NCBI GenBank assembly: GCA_034670345.1
Contig: JAXMNQ010000027.1
Span: forward strand, 12,655 to 76,654
Source: Paracoccaceae bacterium
GTDB taxonomy: Bacteria > Pseudomonadota > Alphaproteobacteria > Rhodobacterales > Rhodobacteraceae
Reading direction: 5' to 3'
Length of the DNA: 64,000 bases
The position numbers and the translations under genes were made by a program. The notes under the pieces are model-generated. The model was given only the letters and a program-made list of their open reading frames with translations, ran no database searches and was not told the DNA's origin. Of the stretch, positions 1 to 8,112 are shown piece by piece (positions within the stretch are counted from its first letter, which is position 1; every line of letters starts with the position of its first letter).

Positions 1-207
1 GAAGAACTCAAGCTGGTCATTGGTCTTTTGCGGAACCTGGACCAGCCGGACGGTATGACCGGTCTGCTTCATCCAGCGCTCGATACTTTGCTGGCAGATG
101 TTGTACTGCGAGCCGATTGTGCCGCAGGACAGGGTGATCTCGACGGCAGACGCAGGCGCGGCGAGGCTTGCCGTCAGGACAAGGATTATGAGGCGCAGAA
201 AGGACAA
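1..207 (-). CDS. ABC sugar-binding protein (ThuE/trehalose-maltose-like), N-terminal part; runs off the left window edge
   Basis: Absent from the ORF track. Manual translation from TTG at 207 (GGGAGA RBS upstream) gives MSFLRLIILVLTASLAAPASA-VEITLSCGTIGSQYNICQQSIERWMKQTGHTVRLV: a signal peptide plus the SCG..C..W...TG.TV start typical of this binding-protein group. The frame is open to base 1. Confidence 0.65.
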   Translation of the reverse strand, partial: MSFLRLIILVLTASLAAPASAVEITLSCGTIGSQYNICQQSIERWMKQTGHTVRLVQVPQKTNDQLEFF

Positions 208-237
208 AACAGTCTCTCCCGATTAGGTGGGGGCGCC

Positions 238-2142
238 TCAGGGAAGGCGCACGACCCGGAAGCCGATGGAGTCAGAGCGGAAGTCCGGATGTTCCCAGTT
301 GCGGTTCGAAGTGCTCAGCGAGGTCAGCGGATCGCTCCAGCCGCCACCACGGACGGCGCGGCGTTCGCAATTCGACGCGTCGGGGGTCAGGGCCCGTTCC
401 GCCGCCGCCTCGGGCGTTGGTTCGTAACAGTTCTCCATCCATTCCCAGACATTACCGAGCAGGTGATAGAGGCCGAATTCATCCGGCTGAAGCGCCCGAA
501 CCGGAAAGGCGCCGCGGCCAAGGGCATCGGTGCATTCGAAATTTCGCCAACTGAAGGGCGCGCCGAGATCGGCGATATTCACCATTTCGCAGACGTTCCG
601 GCCTGCCAGAATCTGTTCCATGTCCATGTTGAAATGGAAGGCTTCGGCCAGGTACTCGAACTCGATCTCGGTCATCAGGCGGTAGCGGTGGCCGGTCTTG
701 TCGCTCAGCCAGCGGGTATAGGCCTTGGCGTCGCTCCAGCTGACGCAGACCGCGGGCAGGTCAGGGTCCGACCGCGTGTCCCGGCTCCGCGAGCCCATGA
801 CCGGCAATGTATCCGCCTGCGGCGTGATCTGGCAGGTGTCAGGCCACTGGTAACCGGTTTCGCGCACGAAACGCGAAAACTCGCCCTGCGAGGTTTCGGT
901 CAGCGCCACGGCAATCGGCGCCCGCAGTCCCAGCCTTCTGGCTGGGCGCTCGTCGGCCTGCGCGCGTTGGATGGTATCGGGGGTGCCGAAAAGCAATTCG
1001 GTTCCGCGCAACTCGACCATTTCGGGGCAGTCGGGGCAATCGCGGAGGGAGCCGTAGACTTCCGGCGGCTCCGGTTCGGCGAAAAAGGCCTTTTGCAACT
1101 TCTCGCGCTCTGCGGCTTCACGCGCTTCGCGCTCCGCCGCGAGGGCCTTTTGTTCCGCCTCCTGCGCGAGCCGCTCGGCTTCGCGGCGGGCGTCTTCTTC
1201 GGCCTGGCGCAGGGCGGCGACGCGGCTTTGGGCGTTCGGCACATGTCGGCTGTCCGGGAATTTTTCGACAAAGCGTTCGAGTACCAGCGGGTCGTCTGTG
1301 CTCTTGATCCACTCCCACATCTCATCGTCGCTGAGTGTCGAAGTGTCCTGTTCGGGCGGCGGCGCGGCGGCCAGCACAACCTCGTCGATCAGAGAGGAAT
1401 TTTCCCAGGGCACCTGGCGGTTGTTGGTCACGTCGAGCACGTCGCGGCGCACCTTGATCATGGTGCGGTTGATCGAATCTCCCGGCGTGCCGAGGTGCCG
1501 CGCCAGCGCCACTGCGAAGGGGCTGTGATCGTTGGTGACGCCGGGCACCCGGTCCAGCGCCACGTTACCCGGCGCGGCGGCGAAGGAGATGATGGTATTG
1601 CGCTCGGCCGTCACCCGGGCGAGGCCGCGGGTCGAGGCGTCGCTGCCGCGGGTCGCGTCGAAGGGATTGTTGCGGCAGGCGTCGAGGAAAACCAGCGAGG
1701 TGCGACTGGCGGTGTTGAGGACCTCGGTCACAAGGGCGAGGTCAATGGCCTCGAGGCTGAGAAATTCCGCCGATTCAAGCGTCGAGTCGATCGGCAGGAG
1801 ATAATTCTTGCCGTCGACCTGCACCCCGTGCCCGGCGTAGAAGAAAGCACCGGTTTCGCTGCCCTCCAGCGCGGCGCGGAATTCGCTGAGCGTGCGGATA
1901 AAGCCGCGACGGTCGAGGTCCGTGCGCAGGATCACCTCGAACCCCAATTCCTCCATCTTATCGCGGATCAATTGCGCGTCGGCGGGCGGGTTGTCGAGGT
2001 AGGGGATGCCGTCATACGAACCGTTGCCAATGACAAGCGCCACGCGCTTGCCAGCAGCGGTCGGGTCCTGCGCCGCCGTTGCCGACGCAAGGGCGACACC
2101 GAACAGGATCAGGAGTATTCGGACGGCAGCTCTTGCGGTCAT
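238..2142 (-). CDS. Secreted caspase-family (peptidase C14) protein fused to a C-terminal FGE-sulfatase/SUMF1 domain
   Basis: Signal peptide MTARAAVRILLILFGVALASATAA. C14 motifs RVALVIGNGSY, FFYAGHG (His) and FLDACR (Cys). Charged helical linker. FGE motifs DCPDCPEMV, PAVCVSWSDA, FGLYHLLGNVWEW, RGGGW, IGFRVVR. Start moved to ATG 2142. Confidence 0.9.
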   Translation of the reverse strand: MTARAAVRILLILFGVALASATAAQDPTAAGKRVALVIGNGSYDGIPYLDNPPADAQLIRDKMEELGFEVILRTDLDRRGFIRTLSEFRAALEGSETGAFFYAGHGVQVDGKNYLLPIDSTLESAEFLSLEAIDLALVTEVLNTASRTSLVFLDACRNNPFDATRGSDASTRGLARVTAERNTIISFAAAPGNVALDRVPGVTNDHSPFAVALARHLGTPGDSINRTMIKVRRDVLDVTNNRQVPWENSSLIDEVVLAAAPPPEQDTSTLSDDEMWEWIKSTDDPLVLERFVEKFPDSRHVPNAQSRVAALRQAEEDARREAERLAQEAEQKALAAEREAREAAEREKLQKAFFAEPEPPEVYGSLRDCPDCPEMVELRGTELLFGTPDTIQRAQADERPARRLGLRAPIAVALTETSQGEFSRFVRETGYQWPDTCQITPQADTLPVMGSRSRDTRSDPDLPAVCVSWSDAKAYTRWLSDKTGHRYRLMTEIEFEYLAEAFHFNMDMEQILAGRNVCEMVNIADLGAPFSWRNFECTDALGRGAFPVRALQPDEFGLYHLLGNVWEWMENCYEPTPEAAAERALTPDASNCERRAVRGGGWSDPLTSLSTSNRNWEHPDFRSDSIGFRVVRLP

Positions 2143-2360
2143 GATGGACCATCCAGACTTGCTCAAAAAAGATAAACAACTTCGCGCGCGGGCAACTTGC
2201 GACAACGCCGCAGCATTGCCATTGTGCAGCAATTTGGCAAGGTCGGCAAATCACAACGGGGGCAGACGCAATGGCAGCTTGTTCGGGGCGTCGGCCTGGC
2301 CTATGCTGCTGAACAGCAAGCGGCTATACAGAAAGCCGCTGCCGGGAAGCGGGACATCTC

Positions 2361-2570
2361 ATGAAAAAGACCATTTTTAGCATCGCCTCTTCCGCCCTAG
2401 CGATGGTTTCGCTGGTGGGCTGCACCCAGGTTGAAGGCCAGAAACCGAAACCATGCGAGCCGGGATCTTCGGAACGCTGCCCCTATGTGAACACTTACGA
2501 CGTTCCGACCTCGGGCAAGTACGGCACGACGACTGTCGTGGTCCCGACGGGTCCGGGCCGCGCGTACTGA
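2361..2570 (+). CDS. Small predicted lipoprotein (69 aa)
   Basis: MKK followed by a hydrophobic stretch and a lipobox LVG-C; two further Cys in the mature part. Confidence 0.65.
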   Translation: MKKTIFSIASSALAMVSLVGCTQVEGQKPKPCEPGSSERCPYVNTYDVPTSGKYGTTTVVVPTGPGRAY

Positions 2571-2591
2571 TCTTCGTTCCGGATTGGTTCG

Positions 2592-2990
2592 GTGACGGCA
2601 GGCAAGACGCAGGAGGCCGCGCCAGAGGCCGGGCTTGCGCTCTATCCTGAGGGGCGCCGTGTCATCATGATCTACGCTCTGGATCGGGAACCCACGGCGC
2701 TTGCGCCGGTTATTGCGCCGCTTCAGAGGCGCTTCTTTCGCCACAAGCTGGTATTCCTGCACACATCGCTTGATTTTCGACCCTTCATGGACGCCAAGGC
2801 CGCGTTCGAACATCTGCCCTCGCTGGAGCAGATTGCGGCCTTTCCCCGGTTGACGGACTGGCCGCGCTACCTGCAGGAACGGCGCGCGCTCCTGATCGCC
2901 AAGTGGGCGCCGCGCCGCGCTATTTCCTACGGACTGGATTTTGCAAACTACCTGGCCGATGCGCAGCGGATCCATGATGGCCATGAATGA
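2592..2990 (+). CDS. Hypothetical protein coupled to the glycosyltransferase
   Basis: 132-aa ORF; its TGA (2988-2990) overlaps the ATG 2983 region of the next gene. Confidence 0.65.
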   Translation: MTAGKTQEAAPEAGLALYPEGRRVIMIYALDREPTALAPVIAPLQRRFFRHKLVFLHTSLDFRPFMDAKAAFEHLPSLEQIAAFPRLTDWPRYLQERRALLIAKWAPRRAISYGLDFANYLADAQRIHDGHE

Positions 2991-5217
2991 ACTGGATGTC
3001 GTCTATGTGATCGACGGCCGGTTCGAAGGCGGCGTGTCAACCGCCGTGGCCAGCGAGCTGGATGAGATCTTTCGCGACAACGAAAGGATTCGGGTGGGTC
3101 TGTTGCTCGTCCGGGCGCACCTGCTGCATCTGCCGTGGCCGGTCCACGTCGGTATTCGCGCCCATGTCACGGCGGGGCGTTTGCAGTTGCTGCGCCCGGG
3201 CGAGCGGTGGCACGCCCAGGTTGCTCTGGTTCATCACCCGGTTGTCTTTCGCCATCTCCCGCGCACGCCGCTGCCGGTGACGGCAGATCGCGCCATCCTG
3301 ATCCTGCATCATCCGATGTTCGACAATACCGGCGCGCGGCAATACGACGTCGCCGAAGTGCAGGCCAATATCGCAGCGACACTGGCGCCAGAGGTCCTGA
3401 TCGCCCCGGTGAGCCCGGTGGTCCGCCGGGCCCTTTCCGGCCACCGCTCCGAACATGGCCCGGTGGTGGACGAGGACTGGATCAACCTGATCTACCCGGC
3501 GGAGTGGCCATTTGACCTGGACCGGCCGCCGCCCGATCCCGCGCACATCGTCTTGGGCCGCCATGCCCGCCCTCATCCGCAGAAATGGCCGGACACCTGG
3601 GAAGAGGCCGCCGCAGCGCATCTTGCCGACCGGCCGGAGGTCGAGTTGCGAATTCTCGGCGCCGGAGATTTTCTGACCGAGCATTACGGCAGGGCCATGC
3701 CGCCGACATGGGTCGAACTGCCCTTTTCGGACGAGGGCGTCCCGGAGTTTCTCTCCGGTCTCGACTTCTATGTCTATTACCATTCCAGCGCCTGGCTCGA
3801 AGCCTTTGGGCGCACGGTCCTCGAGGCGCTGGCCTGCGGGCTGGTCACGATCCTGCCGCCGCATTTTGAAGAGATGTTCGGCGAGGCCGCGGTCTATGCC
3901 ACCCCTCGGGAGGTCGCCGCGGTCATCGACGGGTTTCTCGAAGACCCGGACGCCTGGCAGGCCCAGCGGATCAGGGCGCGGCGATGGGTATTGCAGAATC
4001 ACAATGTGATGCACCGGGTCGAGGATCGGTTGAAGCTCTACGGGCTGCGTGACATCGAAGCACCGGAAACGCCGCCGGTCATGTGCCGCAAAAAGGCCCC
4101 GATCCTGTTCCTCTCGACCAACGGGATCGGCGTCGGACACCTGACACAGCAACTCGCCATCGCCGACCGCCTGCCGAAGGACGAGGTTCAGCCGGTCTTC
4201 GCCTCGATGAGCTTTTCGCTCCAGGTGGCCCGGGACGCGGGCTATCCGGTCTTCTACCTGCCTCATCACCGGCATCTCGAAGCCGGGCCAGACCCCTGGA
4301 ACAGGATCTTTGCCGAAGAGGTGTTTGACCTGATCCGGCATCTTCGGCCGGTCCTGCTGGCTTATGACGGCACCGCAGTCTTTGGCGGGCTTGCGAATGT
4401 GCTGCGCGAGTTTCCGGACCTGATCTCGCTTTGGGTGAGGCGCGCCATGTGGCGGGAATGCCATCGCGGGTTCCTGGAGCATTCGGACCTTTTCACCGGG
4501 GTTCTGGAGCCGGGGGAACTGGCCGGTGATCTGGATCACGGCCCGACACGAGAGATGCGGGACAACGTGCATATGGTCGACCCCGTCCTGCACATAGATC
4601 CCGAAGACCGGGCTGACCGCGCGACCGCGCGGGCGGCCTATGGATTGAACGAGGGCGATCTTGCCGTGGCGCTTCAGTTGGGATCGGGCGCGAATTTCGA
4701 CATCCGCGACCTGCGCGAGGCGGTGATTGATCTTCTGTTGCGCGATGCCCGCGTCCGCGTGCTTGAAATCGTTTCACCGCTGGCGGCAATGCCGCCGCGT
4801 CCGGTGGGGGCAGGCGACCGGCTGATCCAGGTGCGCGAATTCCCCAGCTATCGCAACAGCCGCGCGCTGGATGCAGCTATCGGGGTGGCGGGCTACAATT
4901 CGTTCCATGAACAGCTGCTGGGCGGTATCCCGACCGTCTTTGTCCCGAACGAGGCGCCAGAGATGGACAGCCAGCTGACCCGCGCACAATGGGCCGAGGT
5001 CATGGGGCTTGGCCTGTGCCTGCGTGCCCGACATGGCATTGGCGACTTGCAGGAGACGGTTCGGCGGATTCTGGACGATGGCGAACGGGCACGGTTGCGC
5101 GCGGCCATGGCAAAGCTGAAGCCCGCCCGGGGCGCGCGGCAACTGGCCGAGATCGTCTCGGACCACAGCGCCATGGTCCGCACCGACATCGCCCCCAGTC
5201 ACAGCTATCGCCGATGA
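2983..5217 (+). CDS. Two-domain glycosyltransferase (GT4-like plus GT28/MurG-like GT-B domains)
   Basis: The N-terminal half has EAFGRTVLEALACG (GT4 EX7E). The C-terminal half has STNGIGVGH and AGYNSFHE. Confidence 0.85.
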   Translation: MNELDVVYVIDGRFEGGVSTAVASELDEIFRDNERIRVGLLLVRAHLLHLPWPVHVGIRAHVTAGRLQLLRPGERWHAQVALVHHPVVFRHLPRTPLPVTADRAILILHHPMFDNTGARQYDVAEVQANIAATLAPEVLIAPVSPVVRRALSGHRSEHGPVVDEDWINLIYPAEWPFDLDRPPPDPAHIVLGRHARPHPQKWPDTWEEAAAAHLADRPEVELRILGAGDFLTEHYGRAMPPTWVELPFSDEGVPEFLSGLDFYVYYHSSAWLEAFGRTVLEALACGLVTILPPHFEEMFGEAAVYATPREVAAVIDGFLEDPDAWQAQRIRARRWVLQNHNVMHRVEDRLKLYGLRDIEAPETPPVMCRKKAPILFLSTNGIGVGHLTQQLAIADRLPKDEVQPVFASMSFSLQVARDAGYPVFYLPHHRHLEAGPDPWNRIFAEEVFDLIRHLRPVLLAYDGTAVFGGLANVLREFPDLISLWVRRAMWRECHRGFLEHSDLFTGVLEPGELAGDLDHGPTREMRDNVHMVDPVLHIDPEDRADRATARAAYGLNEGDLAVALQLGSGANFDIRDLREAVIDLLLRDARVRVLEIVSPLAAMPPRPVGAGDRLIQVREFPSYRNSRALDAAIGVAGYNSFHEQLLGGIPTVFVPNEAPEMDSQLTRAQWAEVMGLGLCLRARHGIGDLQETVRRILDDGERARLRAAMAKLKPARGARQLAEIVSDHSAMVRTDIAPSHSYRR

Positions 5218-6908
5218 CCGACCGCGCCGCCCCCCGCAAACGCCTGATCCTGATCTTCGCCGGGCCGCGTTCGGGATCGAACTACCTTGTCGACATACTC
5301 AGCAAGGTTCCCGGAGCAATTGCCCTGTCCGAGATCTTCAACCCGCGCGCGGTTTTCGGGCTGAACCTCTACCCGGAAATCGAGGCGCAGGTGCTGGCGG
5401 ACTTCGGATCGGAAGACGAGCTTTGGCGGGCACTGCGCATGGCGCCGGACAAATCGCTGTCCAGACTACTGGCCGCGGTGCCTGCGGATTCGACGGTCTT
5501 CGTGAAGGTCCTGCCGAACCAGGCACCGAAACGGGCGCTTCGACGGATCTTGCAGGACCATGCCGCGGGCGCGATCTTTTTGACCCGCAACCGGTTGGAC
5601 CAATATGTGTCGCTGCGAAAGGCCAACGAGGGTGGCGCATGGTTCCGGGAAAATACAACAGAGCTGAGACCGGTCGCACATCTGGACGCCTTTCTGTCTT
5701 GGACGACCGTCCTCGAAGACTGGCAACGGGACATGACGGCGCTTTGCGGGGAGACGGGGATCGTTCGGGCTCATCTCAACTACGAACGAGATCTGAAGAG
5801 CAGCAGGCCGTCAGACATCGCCGAGCGGCTCTGCGCCCGGTTGGCGATGTTGCGGCTCGCAGTGACACCGGACGACCTGTCCGAAGCCTCGTGGTTCACG
5901 CGGCAAGACACGGCGGACGATCCCTTCGACAAGATCTGCAACGGCGCGGATCTGCGCCGGGACCTTGCCCGGTTCGACTATCTGGAAAAGGCGCTGACCG
6001 CGCCGGATCTGGACGCCGAGCCGGCACGGCAGGACAAGGTCCCCGACCTGATCGCTGACCCTCTGGCAGGCGCAGAACTGATCCGCGAGGGCGACTTTGG
6101 GACGCTTCACGCCGCGATGGGCCGGATCGGACGCGATGTCGCGCCCGGCCTGTTCCGTCCCCGCGATCTTTCGCGTGCCGAGAACCATTTTGAACGCTTC
6201 ACCTTTATTTGCGGTTTGCACCGGTCGGGCACGACGCTTTTGCATGACTGGATTGCTGCGCGCCACGACATCGCGACGCTCCGCCACGACAGTGTCCCGC
6301 GCAGCGAAGGGCAATTTCTGCAGGACGTTCTGCCACAGGAGGAACCGTTTGGCGGGCCGGGCCACTTTGCCTTTGCGCCGCAGATGGTTCCGTCGCCGGT
6401 GCGCGACCGGCGGCTTGCGGCAAAGTGGTTCGATCAGATGTGCGGCAGTTGGGCGGCGCATGCGGACAGGCCGGACCATGCGCACCTACTTGAAAAATCG
6501 CCGACCAACCTGACGCGGATCGCCTGGCTGCGCAGCGTCTTTCCCGACGCTCGCTTTGTGGTTCTGGTGCGGGATCCGCGGGCCGTTGCGCTGGCAACAC
6601 AAAAGTGGCGCGCAGCGCCCCTTGAACTCTTGCTCGCCCATTGGCAAGCCGCCCACCTGGCGGCGCTTTCGCAGATGGCCGGGGATTGCCACGTGGTGCG
6701 CTACGAGGACTTTTGCGCCGACCCGGAAACGGAGTTGCAGCGGATCGCAGCATTCTGCGGACTGACACCCCGCGCCGCGCCGGGCGTGATGCCGGAGGCG
6801 TCGGCCGAGATCCGGGAGAGCACCGCCGATTACCTGCGGGACTGGCCGGAAGAGATCTATTTCGCGCCGAACCTGAAGGTCTGGGAGCTGTTCGGTTACC
6901 GTTTCTGA
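5214..6908 (+). CDS. Tandem double sulfotransferase (Stf0-like plus Sulfotransfer_3-like)
   Basis: ATGA overlap with the glycosyltransferase stop. Two PAPS 5'-PSB loops (AGPRSGSNYL; GLHRSGTTLL), 3'-PB motifs RNRLDQYVS and RDPRAVALA, plus EKSP and RYEDF. Confidence 0.85.
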   Translation: MTDRAAPRKRLILIFAGPRSGSNYLVDILSKVPGAIALSEIFNPRAVFGLNLYPEIEAQVLADFGSEDELWRALRMAPDKSLSRLLAAVPADSTVFVKVLPNQAPKRALRRILQDHAAGAIFLTRNRLDQYVSLRKANEGGAWFRENTTELRPVAHLDAFLSWTTVLEDWQRDMTALCGETGIVRAHLNYERDLKSSRPSDIAERLCARLAMLRLAVTPDDLSEASWFTRQDTADDPFDKICNGADLRRDLARFDYLEKALTAPDLDAEPARQDKVPDLIADPLAGAELIREGDFGTLHAAMGRIGRDVAPGLFRPRDLSRAENHFERFTFICGLHRSGTTLLHDWIAARHDIATLRHDSVPRSEGQFLQDVLPQEEPFGGPGHFAFAPQMVPSPVRDRRLAAKWFDQMCGSWAAHADRPDHAHLLEKSPTNLTRIAWLRSVFPDARFVVLVRDPRAVALATQKWRAAPLELLLAHWQAAHLAALSQMAGDCHVVRYEDFCADPETELQRIAAFCGLTPRAAPGVMPEASAEIRESTADYLRDWPEEIYFAPNLKVWELFGYRF

Positions 6909-7098
6909 TCCGCCCCCTCCGGTGCCGATCGCCAGCCGCAAGCCATAGATTGCCGGGTCTGGAATTCCGTCCTTGCAGCAGATTTGTCTTGGGCACACAC
7001 TTGCTGTCAGTCGTGTGCCACGATTGGAGCCGCTTGCGCCCGAGGTCCGTCTCGGCCTGCGCGCTTCGCAATCGAACAGATTAGCAGGACTTTTTTCC

Positions 7099-8112
7099 AT
7101 GATTAACTTTGCCACATCTCCCCGCTGGACCTTCCTGATCATTGCCGCTTTTCCGGGCCTTGCCGCCGCCGACTGCGACACCGCGCGCGCGGAGCTTTCG
7201 GGTCGTTTCAACACCACTCCCATCGCCGAACTGGCCGAGGCCGCACGGCAACTTGGAACTGCCGGTTGCGACGAGGTCGCAACAGACGGTGCGCTCCGAC
7301 AGTTGTCGTCCTTGGCCGCAAGACGAGCCGACGCCCTGTTGGGCGGCGGAGATCCAGACGCCGCCGACGCGATGCTTGATCAAGCTCCGGTTCTGCATTG
7401 GGAGGTGCTGGCGATGCGCGGCGCCCTTGGCACGGCGCGCGGCGATCATGCCTCGGCGGCCCGGTTCTACAACCAGGCGCTCGACACGCTGGGCGCGCCC
7501 GAGATCACGCCACAGGATCCGGCTTTGGAACCGGTTGTGCCGCGTCTGATGGCGCTGGCGCAGGAAAGCATGATGCTGGCCGACAGCGCCAGTTCGGCCC
7601 TGCGCTCGGACGGGTCCAGCGCCGGGGTCATGCGCGCCATCAGCGCCGCGCTTTCAGAGCGGACCCAGGCGTCGGTGAGCGCCGGAACCGAAGAAACCCG
7701 AGTTATCGAGAATGAGACCCTGACCTATAACATCGTCGCCTCCGCGGCGGCCAAGATCGATCGCGTGTATCTGCCGGTCAGGTTCGATTTCGGCTCTGCG
7801 GCGCTCAGCGAACCCGGCAAGCGGGAAGCCCAGGCGCTGGCCGCTTTTCTGCGCAAACAGGAAGGGCTGAAAGGGGTGACCCTGATCGGCCATACAGATG
7901 AGATAGGCGGCGAAGAGTACAACCTTCACCTGTCCCGGCAAAGGGCCGAATCCGTGCGCAATTACCTGCGCGATCAGGGCGTCACGACAGACATCCGGGT
8001 CCAGGGGCTCGGAGAGTTTGAGCCGCCCGAACTGACAAACCCTGCCGCCTATTCGGAGGACGAGCGCCGCGCCATCGCGCGCCGGGTGGAGGTCTCGTTT
8101 GCCGATTATTGA
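7099..8112 (+). CDS. Secreted OmpA-C-like peptidoglycan-binding protein with a helical (TPR-like) N-terminus
   Basis: Signal peptide; C-terminal RFDFGSAAL, IGHTDEIGGEEYNLHLSRQRAESV, GLGE and ARRVEV. Confidence 0.85.
   Translation: MINFATSPRWTFLIIAAFPGLAAADCDTARAELSGRFNTTPIAELAEAARQLGTAGCDEVATDGALRQLSSLAARRADALLGGGDPDAADAMLDQAPVLHWEVLAMRGALGTARGDHASAARFYNQALDTLGAPEITPQDPALEPVVPRLMALAQESMMLADSASSALRSDGSSAGVMRAISAALSERTQASVSAGTEETRVIENETLTYNIVASAAAKIDRVYLPVRFDFGSAALSEPGKREAQALAAFLRKQEGLKGVTLIGHTDEIGGEEYNLHLSRQRAESVRNYLRDQGVTTDIRVQGLGEFEPPELTNPAAYSEDERRAIARRVEVSFADY

Noticed and set aside
238-900. FGE/C-type-lectin-fold domain as a DGR target
   Set aside because: No reverse transcriptase or template repeat was seen in this window; one elsewhere in the genome cannot be excluded.
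28-2175. 715-aa plus-strand ORF
   Set aside because: Antisense shadow of the caspase-FGE gene with no motifs; long shadow ORFs are expected at this GC content.
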